Below are positions 7,626-16,459 of a stretch of 49,335 nt of DNA, one piece after another; positions within the stretch are counted from its first letter, which is position 1; the number at the start of each line of letters is the position of its first letter. The notes beneath the pieces were generated by a model. That model worked only from the letters and a program-made list of their open reading frames with translations. It was not told the origin of the DNA and searched no databases. Source of the stretch: a virus; the IMG/VR virus record IMGVR_UViG_3300026116_000052, positions 1-49,335 of that record. One strand, given 5' to 3'. A program made the translations under genes and the position numbers.

Positions 7626-8140
7626 TGTTCCTCCTTGCCGAGCGACTGGACCCACGTCGCACTGTTGACAGGTCCTTCGCTCACCGTTACCTTCTCCACC
7701 CAGACCCTGGTCTTCGACTCCTTGTACACTTCGTCGAAGGTCTGCTGGAGTTCTTCCACCAGCATCGCTGCCACTGCTTCGACCGTCGGCCAGGGCATCT
7801 CGGGCCAGAAGATGGCATTGCCCTGAAGGTCTTCAGGCTCGCCGAACACGAAGACCTTGCAGCCGTCGTCGAGGAAGACCTGCAGCAGCGAGTCGTCCTT
7901 GCCGAGCATCGTTCCGTGGTCCAGGAACTCGTCGATGAAGTTGCGAACGATCTTCTTCACCGTGCTGTAGTCGACGCTGATGCCGTTCTCGTCCATGCCC
8001 TGGTCCACGTCGTAGCGCTGCAGCTGAACGTCTGCCCACCACGAGTGCCCGTGGATACTGGTGCACTTTCCTTCGAGGAAGGGCAGGCGGTGAGCCGTCT
8101 CGAAGTTGTGCTTGATACTGATCAACGCCTGCCCGTGCAT
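7622..8140 (-). CDS. queD: 6-carboxy-5,6,7,8-tetrahydropterin synthase
   Basis: FETAHRLP and CTSIHGHSW motifs. ATG 8140 is in an ATGA overlap with the upstream stop. The 99-codon upstream extension in the ORF track is R/G/P-rich and was rejected. Confidence 0.85.
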   Translation of the reverse strand: MHGQALISIKHNFETAHRLPFLEGKCTSIHGHSWWADVQLQRYDVDQGMDENGISVDYSTVKKIVRNFIDEFLDHGTMLGKDDSLLQVFLDDGCKVFVFGEPEDLQGNAIFWPEMPWPTVEAVAAMLVEELQQTFDEVYKESKTRVWVEKVTVSEGPVNSATWVQSLGKEEQ

Positions 8141-8454
8141 CAGTCCTCCACCTTCAGCCGGATGCAGCGTCGCACCGGGTCCGTTTCCATCTTCAGGTTC
8201 CGTGTGCTGACACGAATGAGCTCTTCGTCGTAGAGCTCGACCACGTGCTCGTGTCCCTTCTCCGGGTCCGCGCCGTCGCCGACGGCCTGCAGGCGTTCGG
8301 TCAGCACACCGATGACGCACAGTAGCCGGCTGAGCTCCGAACGCAGATCGGCGACCGTCTTCTGGATCGGGTCGCTGAACCTGTGCGTGTGGTCTTTCGA
8401 CGTCTCGTCGTTGGCGTGCGCCACGGGGTGGGTCCAATCCTCTTCGACACTCAC
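8140..8454 (-). CDS. Hypothetical protein inside the deazaguanine operon
   Basis: GTG 8454 is in a GTGA overlap with the upstream stop, after GGAAGGAAAAG. 104 aa with no motif I recognise. Confidence 0.5.
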   Translation of the reverse strand: MSVEEDWTHPVAHANDETSKDHTHRFSDPIQKTVADLRSELSRLLCVIGVLTERLQAVGDGADPEKGHEHVVELYDEELIRVSTRNLKMETDPVRRCIRLKVED

Positions 8455-8639
8455 GGTTCGATCTTTTCCTTCCAGGTCCACCGGACCTTTTCGAAGTTCT
8501 GCTTGCACTGCTTGAAGTAGTCCAGGGTAGCGAAGTCGCTGCTATCTTCCCAGACGGTCTCCCAGCGGGCTGCCCGGTTCACTGCTACGCCGACGATAGC
8601 CCCCGGTGCACGCCAGACCTCGATGACGTGTTTAGCCAT
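8451..8639 (-). CDS. Hypothetical 62-aa protein inside the deazaguanine operon
   Basis: ATG 8639 overlaps the queC 3' end by 8 nt. The sequence is Trp-rich (MAKHVIEVWRAPG...WETVWEDSSDF...VRWTWKEK). Confidence 0.5.
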   Translation of the reverse strand: MAKHVIEVWRAPGAIVGVAVNRAARWETVWEDSSDFATLDYFKQCKQNFEKVRWTWKEKIEP

Positions 8640-9363
8640 CCAGGAGGCCCTTCTTGACCGACACCCCCAGGCCCGGGATGTCGACGCGACGGTCCTCGTA
8701 GTCGGTCGGGTCCTTGACCTTGGCGAGCTCGAAGGCTTCCTTGCGCTCGACGCACGTGCCGCACTTGCCGCAGTGCAGCTCGCCGCCCTTGTAGCAGGAC
8801 CAGGTGACCGTCCAGTCGACGCCGAGCGCCTCGCCGTCGAGGGCGATGTCCTCCTTGCGCTGCATGATGTACGGCGCGTAGAAGTAGAAGGGATCGTTGG
8901 CGAACCCTTCGTTGCCGAGCTGTGCGGCCTTCTCAGCGGCGTTGACGAAGTTCGGTCGGCAGTCCGGATAGATGTCGTGGTCACCACCGTGCACGCCGGT
9001 CGCCACCATCTCCGCCTTCTGGTCGACGGCGTAGGCCGTGGCGATGGAGAGCATGATCATGTTGCGGTTCGGGACGACCGTCGCCTTCATGTTCTCGGCG
9101 GCGTAGTGACCCTCCGGCACCTCCTGACCGATGTCGACGAGTGCCGACGACTGGAGGAGTTGCGTGAGGCTGCCCAGGTCGACGACCTCGTGACGCACGC
9201 CGAACTTGTCGGCCCAGTACCTTGCGAAGCCGATCTCACGCGTGGCATGCTTCTGCCCGTAGAAGAAGGTGATCGGGAGGGGTTCGAAGCCCTCCTTGCG
9301 GATGCGGTGGAGGAGGGTCACACTGTCCATGCCACCGCTGAGGACGACAACTGCCTTACTCAT
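8632..9363 (-). CDS. queC: 7-cyano-7-deazaguanine (preQ0) synthase
   Basis: PP-loop VLSGGMDSV and C-terminal zinc site CYKGGELHCGKCGTCVERK. 243 aa with no extra amidotransferase domain. ATGA overlap with the upstream stop. Confidence 0.9.
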   Translation of the reverse strand: MSKAVVVLSGGMDSVTLLHRIRKEGFEPLPITFFYGQKHATREIGFARYWADKFGVRHEVVDLGSLTQLLQSSALVDIGQEVPEGHYAAENMKATVVPNRNMIMLSIATAYAVDQKAEMVATGVHGGDHDIYPDCRPNFVNAAEKAAQLGNEGFANDPFYFYAPYIMQRKEDIALDGEALGVDWTVTWSCYKGGELHCGKCGTCVERKEAFELAKVKDPTDYEDRRVDIPGLGVSVKKGLLDG

Positions 9364-11570
9364 TTGGTTGGTACTCCCTTTGTTGGGTGGGATTTGCCCC
9401 CGAAGGGGAAGAGACGCTCTGTCGCGCCCTGACGCTGACGGTCGATCTGTCCGCGCTGCTCCAGCGTGCCGAAGATGAAGTCTGCTGTCCTTGCCGTGAG
9501 GTGATACCTCTGCATGAGTACAGAACGTGCCACGCCAGGGTCTCGTCGGATGGCTGTGAGGATCTTGTCGAACTCTCGTTCGGTGGATCCCAGTCCTACG
9601 TTGCTCACGACTTCGTTCGTATAGGCACGCCACTGCTGACCGTATCGCATGGCGACCAGCAGGTCATTCAGTTCGACTCGGATCTCCCTTCCCTGGGGAA
9701 CACGCTGCCGACTCGCTGCGATCAGGACAGCTGCCTTGAGGATCGACTTACAGAGTCGGTCGTAGGTGGGGGTGTAGATGTCGGGGTGCGGGGACTTAAG
9801 GCCTGCGTCCATCATCATGGCTTCGAGTGCGTTGTACCGCTTCCACGCTTCAGGAGTAAGCATTGCCGACCATGGCTGAGGCTGGTGGTAAACGAGTTGC
9901 CCACCGACAGTCTGAAGGGACGGCTCATCCTTGTAGTGGGTTGCCATCTCCTTCAGCTTGTCCATGATCCTGTTGCGAGCGGTAGTATTCGCTAATGAGG
10001 GCGGCCCGAGCGGCCTTACCCGGCCGACGTCCGACTCCGCCGTGATAAAAACGAAGCGAGGAATGAAACCACTCGACACGTGCTCGGACGTCAGCAGGCC
10101 GCAGACCTTGTTCCTGATACCACCTGCGAACAAAATCAAGCACGGGTCCTTCACCTCGATGATTTCCTTCTTCAGGATCCGCTTCTGGAGCTTGCCATCG
10201 TAGAGCTTCGTGAAGGTTTCGGCCATCCCAGCGTAGTAGTCCTTCTTTACCATAGCCTCCAGAAGGCCACTGAATTCGTCCCTCAGGAAGATGGATGGTT
10301 GACCTGGCCTCGTCGAGAGTGACCCCATCAGTCCCTCGATGCTGCCATCGGTCGCAAGGATGCGTGCGGAGTCGATCTCCTCGATCAAGTCCATAGCGAC
10401 GTCCATAGCGGTCGATTTCCGCGTAAGGGTTGTATCGGCTAGAATCATGAACCACAAGTTCGGCTTGATCGTTCCAAACGAAGTGGGCAACCGGACCATT
10501 CCGGAGAGCAGCGAGCTTAGTAAGATCAAGGCCCCCGCTTGGTGGTACTGAGGTGCTGCGTCGCCCAGGGAGCTGGCCCATTCGATGTACTCCTCTACGA
10601 ACGTGGTGACGCCACTGATGCGACTTTCTTCCTCCTGCGTCAGGAGCGGTAACTGCTTGCGTGTGGTCTCCGGATTGAGGAGCTTCCGGTTCTCCTGATG
10701 CCTGGACCACGAACGACAAACGTCGGCCCAGAGGTAGGTCAGCGGCTTACCGTCACGCTTGAACTTGTTCACCGCCGAGTCACGGCAGATGACGTAAGTC
10801 TCTTCTCGTGTCAGCTCCGCTTCGAAGCAGACCATCTCCAGCTTCCAGAGCGGTTCATTCCAGCTACCGTCAGGCTCGGTCTCGAAGAGCATCCGTGCCT
10901 GAGGAGGGAGGATGTCTTCGTATCGCTCCAGCAAGAGTTCGCCGGTGACGTCATCGATGTCTGTTGGGAAGGGAAACTTCTCGTGCTGCTCGACGATGAT
11001 CTTCGGGTACTGCTTGAAGTCGTCGGGCCGGTACTTGTTCCGATTGATCTCGAGGATGCGAACCTGTGCACCCTGGTACTGCGGCTTGAAGTTCTGCGTA
11101 CCCGGAACTCGGAGCAACTGCGAGAGATCCCATCCACTACGGTCAGCCCCCTGGAACGCGTGGTAGTATGCGATACGCTTGGTGATAGCTTCGGTGTCTT
11201 CAGGCAGCTGGTCCTCTTCGAAGATCCAGTATGCCTGATAACGGAGAGGAGAGGACTCCACGACCACGCTCGGTTCCACGAGCATGTTCTCGTACCCGCA
11301 CTCGTCCAAGTCAGCCCACGCGTTCGTGCAGATCTTGACATTGTCTTTGATCCGTCGAGGCTTGCGCAGCAACTGCGGGCAGAAGTAGACGTTGTGCGTA
11401 GGTGTCACCTTGTCGATGAATTCCATCATCTGCGGCAACTGAGATGGCCAGGCGAAGAAGCGCTCCTGGAACATCTCGGAGTCGCGGGCGAGGGTTGCGA
11501 TGCAGATGAAGCCCTCAGTATGGGGGCCGAGGAGAAGCTTGAAGAACGTCTCGACTTGCTTTGACAACAT
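9360..11570 (-). CDS. Primase-polymerase (AEP) fused to a P-loop helicase-like (DUF3987/D5-type) domain
   Basis: N-terminal AEP-like AWADLDE (DxD) and VPGTQN motifs. Central P-loop-like ADTTLTRKST. 736 aa from ATG 11570. The 31-codon upstream extension is R/G/P-rich. Confidence 0.65.
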   Translation of the reverse strand: MLSKQVETFFKLLLGPHTEGFICIATLARDSEMFQERFFAWPSQLPQMMEFIDKVTPTHNVYFCPQLLRKPRRIKDNVKICTNAWADLDECGYENMLVEPSVVVESSPLRYQAYWIFEEDQLPEDTEAITKRIAYYHAFQGADRSGWDLSQLLRVPGTQNFKPQYQGAQVRILEINRNKYRPDDFKQYPKIIVEQHEKFPFPTDIDDVTGELLLERYEDILPPQARMLFETEPDGSWNEPLWKLEMVCFEAELTREETYVICRDSAVNKFKRDGKPLTYLWADVCRSWSRHQENRKLLNPETTRKQLPLLTQEEESRISGVTTFVEEYIEWASSLGDAAPQYHQAGALILLSSLLSGMVRLPTSFGTIKPNLWFMILADTTLTRKSTAMDVAMDLIEEIDSARILATDGSIEGLMGSLSTRPGQPSIFLRDEFSGLLEAMVKKDYYAGMAETFTKLYDGKLQKRILKKEIIEVKDPCLILFAGGIRNKVCGLLTSEHVSSGFIPRFVFITAESDVGRVRPLGPPSLANTTARNRIMDKLKEMATHYKDEPSLQTVGGQLVYHQPQPWSAMLTPEAWKRYNALEAMMMDAGLKSPHPDIYTPTYDRLCKSILKAAVLIAASRQRVPQGREIRVELNDLLVAMRYGQQWRAYTNEVVSNVGLGSTEREFDKILTAIRRDPGVARSVLMQRYHLTARTADFIFGTLEQRGQIDRQRQGATERLFPFGGKSHPTKGVPTK

Positions 11571-11666
11571 TACTCCTCGGAGGAAAGGGTGGGGAGGGGG
11601 AGATCGGCTTCTGTTCCCGTATCCTCGTTGCCCCGGCCGCCAACGGCCCACCCTAGCGTTCACCTG

Positions 11667-12170
11667 CTACGGGAGGAGGTTGCTCTTCCCGCCGGACTTC
11701 GCGGCCGCCTTCTGCGTGGCGCCGACTTTGAACGTGTCGGCGTCGTAGGCCTTGATGCCCTTGACCTCGTTGCGCTCGTCGTACTCCTCGCCGGTCTGCT
11801 TGTTCGACCGCTTGCCCTGCTTGACGATGGAGACGACGACCTCCTTGCCGATGAGGTCGTACGGGTTGGGCACCTCGAAGTCCCCGGCCGTGATGTCGTA
11901 GCCGGTGGCCTTCATGAGCTGCGACAGGGTGTACAGCGCGCCCTCGAAGAGCATGCAGTTCGTCCAGGCCTTGCGGTCCGCGTACGGGCCCTCCTGGATG
12001 GTGAACTCGATGCCCCAGTAGGGCTTGCCGTAGTTCTTCTCGGACTGCGACTCACGCAGCTCGATGTCCGTGATGGACACGTGGTACTCGCCCCGCGGGA
12101 GGAGCTCCACCGACCGCGCTTCGGACGCGGCCTCCTTGTCCGAGAAGTTGACCCTCAAGCCTTCGGTCAT
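11667..12170 (-). CDS. DUF669-type phage ssDNA-binding-like protein
   Basis: About 167 aa directly downstream of a Sak4-like ATPase, which is the usual pairing. The N-terminal LPRGEYHVSITDIE beta-rich core and the flexible K/G/A tail are typical. Confidence 0.55.
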   Translation of the reverse strand: MTEGLRVNFSDKEAASEARSVELLPRGEYHVSITDIELRESQSEKNYGKPYWGIEFTIQEGPYADRKAWTNCMLFEGALYTLSQLMKATGYDITAGDFEVPNPYDLIGKEVVVSIVKQGKRSNKQTGEEYDERNEVKGIKAYDADTFKVGATQKAAAKSGGKSNLLP

Positions 12171-12216
12171 TTCAGTTCCTCTGTTCGATGGATTCGCTTA
12201 GCGTGTCACTTTTGCT

Positions 12217-13008
12217 TTACGCTTCGGCGGCTTCTTCGACCTTGGCCTTGCCTTCGATCAGGTCGATGATCGTCTCCATGGTCGGGTTGAGCATGACCAC
12301 CGGGAGCTTGCCCGTACGGTCCTTCGCGACCACGTCGTCGGTCGCGGCACTGAGGAGCAGGCGAGTCTGTTCCCCATCCACCTCCTTCATGTACATGTAC
12401 ACGACGATGTCCAGGAATGCCGCCACCTCGCTGGCGAGCTTCCCGGACAGGTTGGGCTTCTTGATGGACAGACCGGTCTTCTTGTCCTTGTCGTCCTTCA
12501 TCAGGGCTGTGAAGATTGTGTTGACAGGCAAGTCACGGAAGGCACGAACGAACTTCCGCATCTGCTCGAGGTTGATACCCCACGCACGCATGTCAGGTGC
12601 GTCGATGTCGATGTTGGCCGACGAGGTGTCGACCCTGTTCTTCATGACATCGTACATGTTGAACTTCTGGACCTCGGAGAGCGAGTCGATGATGACCGTC
12701 TCGTAGTCGTGGTCGCCGGCGTACAGAGCGTCGTACACGGCCTGCATCTCGGCCCAGGTCTTCACCCGGATGATGTCGACGTCGGGGTTGTTCTGCTCGA
12801 GCGTGAGCGTCCCGCCCTCGAGGTCGACGACCAGCACCCGCCGCATCCGGGGTACGCTGTCAGCTGACCCCGCCAGGCGTGTCTTGCCAACACCGCTCTC
12901 GCCGTAGATGAGGATGTTCATGTGCGGCGGCCGCTCTTTGGCCTTGATGATCTTCAGGCCACCGAGCTGACGAGGCCGCAGAACCTCAACGCTTGTCCCA
13001 GGCATCAA
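12217..13008 (-). CDS. AAA_24 / Sak4-like RecA-fold ATPase (recombination mediator)
   Basis: Walker A ILIYGESGVGKT and Walker B-like VIIDSLSE. Size about 260 aa. Confidence 0.7.
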   Translation of the reverse strand: MMPGTSVEVLRPRQLGGLKIIKAKERPPHMNILIYGESGVGKTRLAGSADSVPRMRRVLVVDLEGGTLTLEQNNPDVDIIRVKTWAEMQAVYDALYAGDHDYETVIIDSLSEVQKFNMYDVMKNRVDTSSANIDIDAPDMRAWGINLEQMRKFVRAFRDLPVNTIFTALMKDDKDKKTGLSIKKPNLSGKLASEVAAFLDIVVYMYMKEVDGEQTRLLLSAATDDVVAKDRTGKLPVVMLNPTMETIIDLIEGKAKVEEAAEA

Positions 13009-13262
13009 TCCTCCGAGGGTTGTTCTTCGACAGGGCGGATGCCCATGTTGCGTGTGGTGACGTCAGGTGGCACCACCAGCATGTGCGAACGGTCGAGAGC
13101 TGCTGCGGCGATCCGTGCTTCTCGTTCCGTCATCGGGGACCATCCGCTATCACCACCCCACACGCACAACGTTGATGTCAGGATCCTGAGAGCTCTGTGG
13201 AAGGCCTCCGAGTCCTGAACAACCGGTGGACATGCTGCAGGTGGTACCTCTTTGGGTTCCAT
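13005..13262 (-). CDS. Hypothetical protein
   Basis: ATG 13262 after GGAAGGAAG. TAATG coupling with the upstream micro-ORF. Confidence 0.5.
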   Translation of the reverse strand: MEPKEVPPAACPPVVQDSEAFHRALRILTSTLCVWGGDSGWSPMTEREARIAAAALDRSHMLVVPPDVTTRNMGIRPVEEQPSED

Positions 13263-13357
13263 TACTTCCTTCCGGTGAGCTCGCGCCAGCACAGCCAAAC
13301 GGGGATGCCGATGAGAAGCACGAGCACTTCGATACCGACAACGATGAGCACCCACAT
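13262..13357 (-). CDS. Micro-ORF, 31-aa single-pass membrane peptide
   Basis: MWVLIVVGIEVLVLLIGIPVWLCWRELTGRK. The ATG is 1 nt after the upstream stop and the TAA overlaps the next ATG. Confidence 0.4.
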   Translation of the reverse strand: MWVLIVVGIEVLVLLIGIPVWLCWRELTGRK

Positions 13358-13358
13358 G

Positions 13359-13703
13359 TCAGCCTTCGATCTGGAGTGAGTCGGGTTCGATAGCTCCGTG
13401 GCGTCCGATGACAGCCTTGAGGTTGATGACGAAGGGCTTCGAGGCCAACCAGTCCTTCGGGTTGCCCTCGATGGTTGAAGCGCACTGGTCGATGTAGGCG
13501 TCGAAGACGTCGTCGGGAGCGTTGCGAAGGATGAGCTGCTGCTCTCGCCAGCGAGCGTGTTCCATCAGAGCGCGTGCGCGACGCTCGAGGAAGTTCAGAA
13601 CGTTGACACGGTGGCTCTGCTCCATGTCCTCGACGACGTAGGGTCGACCGTCCTGCCCGTACCACATCTTGGTCTGTTCGAGGGTGTCTACGATGTGAGG
13701 CAT
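13359..13703 (-). CDS. Hypothetical protein
   Basis: 114-aa ORF with strong third-position GC, tightly packed between neighbours. Confidence 0.6.
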   Translation of the reverse strand: MPHIVDTLEQTKMWYGQDGRPYVVEDMEQSHRVNVLNFLERRARALMEHARWREQQLILRNAPDDVFDAYIDQCASTIEGNPKDWLASKPFVINLKAVIGRHGAIEPDSLQIEG

Positions 13704-13876
13704 CAGAAGCCCTCCTCGTGCTGCCAGCTCTTCTCGACGGTCATCTGAACGCCACGTACTTCAGGCTGGTACAGGAACGTCTTGATGTCCTCGATAGCCT
13801 TCTCGGGCTCTGTGACGGTCACGCGTTCGTTGTGCCGCTCGCCCCAGTAGTTGACGTCGATCGTGATCGGCTTCAT
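13703..13876 (-). CDS. Hypothetical 57-aa protein
   Basis: ATG 13876 is in an ATGA overlap with the exonuclease stop. The longer ORF-track form was rejected because its N-terminus looks off-frame. Confidence 0.5.
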   Translation of the reverse strand: MKPITIDVNYWGERHNERVTVTEPEKAIEDIKTFLYQPEVRGVQMTVEKSWQHEEGF

Positions 13877-15153
13877 CACTGGCCGCCCTTGCTCTCGGTG
13901 GAGGCTTCGGTGTCGACCCAGTAGTGGTACTTGCGCTTGTCGAACATCGTGTCCAAGGCGTACTGGTAGTCGCCACCACCGTTGGCTTCGAGGCAGGGCT
14001 GACGGAAGGCACACGAGCCGCAGCTGAAGCGGCCTGCGTTCGGGTAGATGCGGAGGTTCTGATCGATGATGTCCATCGCCTCGTATGCGACCATGAGCTT
14101 CGTCTGCATGATCTCTTCGGCGTTGCGGTGGACTTCGTACGCTGCGTGCAGCTTCGAGTTCTTCTTCAGCCACTCGATGAACTCATCGTACAGACCGGCG
14201 GCGTAGGCCTCGGCGTCGTTCTCGGCGACGGTGCGTTCGTAGATCTCCGCCCCGCAGGTGACTGTCGTCTTGCCGGTCGAGAAGCGTCGGCCGAGACGGA
14301 TCGTCTTCATCGGCTCCGGCTCGTCGGTCGAGGCCTTGCGCTGCTCGACGTACACGAAGCCGGCGCAGTCGATGTCGAGCTCGTACAGAGCCCAGACGTA
14401 GGAGCTGATCTGGTCGTCGAGGAGGAGGAACTCGTTGCGGTCTTCGGAGAGCTGCGCGGCTGTCTTCCAGTCGAAGATCCACTGGCGGCCGTCGACGAGA
14501 CTCTCCATGACACAGTCGATGCGACCACCGTAGGTGACGGGCAGTCCACGCTCACGCCAGCGGTGCGGTATCGCTCGCCGCTGTTCGGGTGTGAGCCGCA
14601 TCTTGAACTGGTGCAGACGCTGCATGCAGTTGACACAGTTGCACCAGAGCTGCAGGTGTGTCTCCGGATCCTTGATCGGGACCTCGAACGATACCTCGAC
14701 CTTGACCGGCCGATAGGAGCCACGGAACTGGTCCATGACGAACTTGTCGTGGTAGCGGAGCATCGACTCGCCGAGCTCCATGCGCTCGTTGTAGTCGTCG
14801 ACGACCTCTTTCTCGGGCTCGCCGTGGTAGCCAACGTACTCGTTGAACTGTCGGATGCACCGCTGACGGAAGGCCTGGATGGCCATCTCCAACACGGGTT
14901 CTCGAGGCTTGTCCCACAGCTTGGGCTCGTACAGAGTTTCCATGGCCTTGTGGAAAGCCACGCCGAACTCGAGAGGCTTGGCGGTGGTGCGGGGGTAGTA
15001 GTACTGGCGGAAGAGCCAGTTCCAACGACGTCGACAGCCCTTGAAGGACTTACGTTCGGACGTGTGAACAGAGTGGGTGAGGTCGAGATCGATGAAGTCT
15101 TCGACCGTGATAGGGAAGCTCACTGCTTCCAGCGTTGCCGTGCTCATCCGCAT
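13876..15153 (-). CDS. Cas4/RecB-like PD-(D/E)XK exonuclease with Fe-S cysteine cluster
   Basis: IFDWKTA (D-x-K), DDQISSYVWAL (QxxxY), an N-terminal Cys (KGCRRRW) and a C-terminal CGSCAFRQPC. Confidence 0.75.
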   Translation of the reverse strand: MRMSTATLEAVSFPITVEDFIDLDLTHSVHTSERKSFKGCRRRWNWLFRQYYYPRTTAKPLEFGVAFHKAMETLYEPKLWDKPREPVLEMAIQAFRQRCIRQFNEYVGYHGEPEKEVVDDYNERMELGESMLRYHDKFVMDQFRGSYRPVKVEVSFEVPIKDPETHLQLWCNCVNCMQRLHQFKMRLTPEQRRAIPHRWRERGLPVTYGGRIDCVMESLVDGRQWIFDWKTAAQLSEDRNEFLLLDDQISSYVWALYELDIDCAGFVYVEQRKASTDEPEPMKTIRLGRRFSTGKTTVTCGAEIYERTVAENDAEAYAAGLYDEFIEWLKKNSKLHAAYEVHRNAEEIMQTKLMVAYEAMDIIDQNLRIYPNAGRFSCGSCAFRQPCLEANGGGDYQYALDTMFDKRKYHYWVDTEASTESKGGQ

Positions 15154-15188
15154 CCTTACATTTGGACGTTACGAATGTTCTATATTCT

Positions 15189-15217
15189 ATTATAATGACC
15201 TCAAAGTGATCACGCAA
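15189..15217 (-). promoter_or_regulatory. sigma70/HrdB-type promoter (TTGCGT-N17-TATAAT)
   Basis: On the minus strand the -35 is at 15217-15212 and the -10 at 15194-15189, 36 nt upstream of ATG 15153. It shares the TATAATAGA extension. Confidence 0.6.
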
Positions 15218-15250
15218 CAGGATTTCCCTGAAGATCGTTTACACTTTGTT

Positions 15251-15550
15251 TCAGTCGATGATGTAGGCGTTTCGCAGGTCTTGGTGCAACGAAGAGATGG
15301 CCTGCTGCAATGGTGTGTGCGGCGGGACCAACTCGGTCGATCCGTAGAGCCGTTCGATCTGGGGACGCGTCACACCAGGCGACCTGTTGTCCTGAATGAT
15401 CTGCCCGTCGAGGCCGAGGATGTAGTACTTCTGGTTGTCCTCATCCCACTCCCAGAAAGAACCTTCCTGGTCGCGAAGGATCAGACGCTCCCACCTCTCT
15501 TGCTTGTCGGCTTCCTCCTTGGTCAGACGCATGAGCGGGTGCAGCTTCAC
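15251..15550 (-). CDS. Hypothetical protein
   Basis: GTG 15550 after AAGGAGG. 99 aa. Confidence 0.6.
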   Translation of the reverse strand: MKLHPLMRLTKEEADKQERWERLILRDQEGSFWEWDEDNQKYYILGLDGQIIQDNRSPGVTRPQIERLYGSTELVPPHTPLQQAISSLHQDLRNAYIID

Positions 15551-15559
15551 TTGTCCTCC

Positions 15560-16012
15560 TTAGACGTACTGCTGGCAGTTGTTGCACCAGACCGTGCAAG
15601 TCCCATGCCCCTGGGTAGCGACACAGTCGTGCTGACAGTTAGGACATTGTTTTCGATATCGACCGTAAACTCCGTCGCCACGGTACTCCGTTGCCCCGTC
15701 ATCAACAGGCAGAAGGTTTCGCCCGAGGGCAAGGAACCAGTGGTCACCACGACCCCAGGCATGCGTAGGACGTCCACATTTTGTGCAGACCCACCAGCCG
15801 TACTTGCGACCACGAGTGAACCCCCTACTCTTCATGTCGCCGATGCACTCGCAGAACTTCGTCGGCTTCTTGTACACCGCCCGCAGGAGGGGCTGGAAGG
15901 CCTTGGTGATGTTCATGTCCTGAAGCACACCGATCAGCCCAGCCTTCATCTCCTCCATGAAGCGCTCGGCCTCTTCGTCGTCACCGAACTCGAGCAGGAC
16001 GTACTTAGCCAT
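15560..16012 (-). CDS. Cysteine-rich (multi zinc-ribbon-like) protein
   Basis: CECIG, CTKCG, CPNCQHDC and CTVWCNNC clusters in 150 aa. Confidence 0.6.
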   Translation of the reverse strand: MAKYVLLEFGDDEEAERFMEEMKAGLIGVLQDMNITKAFQPLLRAVYKKPTKFCECIGDMKSRGFTRGRKYGWWVCTKCGRPTHAWGRGDHWFLALGRNLLPVDDGATEYRGDGVYGRYRKQCPNCQHDCVATQGHGTCTVWCNNCQQYV

Positions 16013-16226
16013 CCGCCTTCTCCTGTTCGATGTACTCGACCTGAACGGTCAGTCGACGCTGCTTCGGCATCGACGGTCGCGGGAGGCCCAGACCGAACAG
16101 AGAGCCGTTGTCGACGGTCAGTGAGTAGTACTCGCCTGCTTCGATTCGATCGGCGACGCTTCGGATGAGGTCAGCCTGGGCCTTGTTCCACTCCCTGGCT
16201 TCCTCGTTGTTCAGCCGTTGTGCCAT
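16005..16226 (-). CDS. Hypothetical protein
   Basis: 73 aa. TAATG coupling upstream and an 8-nt overlap downstream. Confidence 0.55.
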   Translation of the reverse strand: MAQRLNNEEAREWNKAQADLIRSVADRIEAGEYYSLTVDNGSLFGLGLPRPSMPKQRRLTVQVEYIEQEKADG

Positions 16227-16459
16227 TAAAGAGCGGGCCTCCTTCGCTTGTATGGAGTCGGGCGTGTGGTCTGTCGAGTCCTTGGGTGCCGTGCGAAGTG
16301 ATCTTCCATCGCACGGTCGTAAGCGTTCGACTGGACCAGGTTAGGGTGACGGTGAATGAGGAGTACCAGCGCACGCACCTTCGGGTCTGCGTTGCGCATC
16401 TTGTGCTTGATCTTGCCGAGCTCGACCTTCTCCTTGATCCAGTCGACCAGCTCCAGCAT
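16226..16459 (-). CDS. Hypothetical protein
   Basis: ATG 16459 is in a TGATG overlap with the upstream reading frame. 77 aa. Confidence 0.5.
   Translation of the reverse strand: MLELVDWIKEKVELGKIKHKMRNADPKVRALVLLIHRHPNLVQSNAYDRAMEDHFARHPRTRQTTRPTPYKRRRPAL

Noticed and set aside
7622-8437. N-terminally extended versions of queD (271 aa), queC (333 aa), queE (236 aa), the primase (767 aa), the SNF2 helicase (582 aa) and others, as listed in the ORF track
   Set aside because: The extensions are R/G/P/S-rich and overlap the upstream gene. Internal ATG or GTG starts sit in ATGA/GTGA overlaps with good RBSs and give normal family lengths.
4615-9363. QueF (preQ1), Gat-QueC (ADG) or ArcS-like (archaeosine) tailoring enzymes
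   Set aside because: No ORF in or near the module shows the QueF E-x-K-S-x-K motif, a glutamine-amidotransferase domain or an extra TGT/PUA-type domain. QueC has normal stand-alone length. The two unknown ORFs are too small and dissimilar by eye, but they remain flagged separately.
11571-11666. A possible terminator or promoter in the 96-nt gap upstream of the primase gene (GGGTGGG ... CCCACCC)
   Set aside because: The complementary arms are separated by about 50 nt and there is no -10/-35 match. The evidence is too weak to call.
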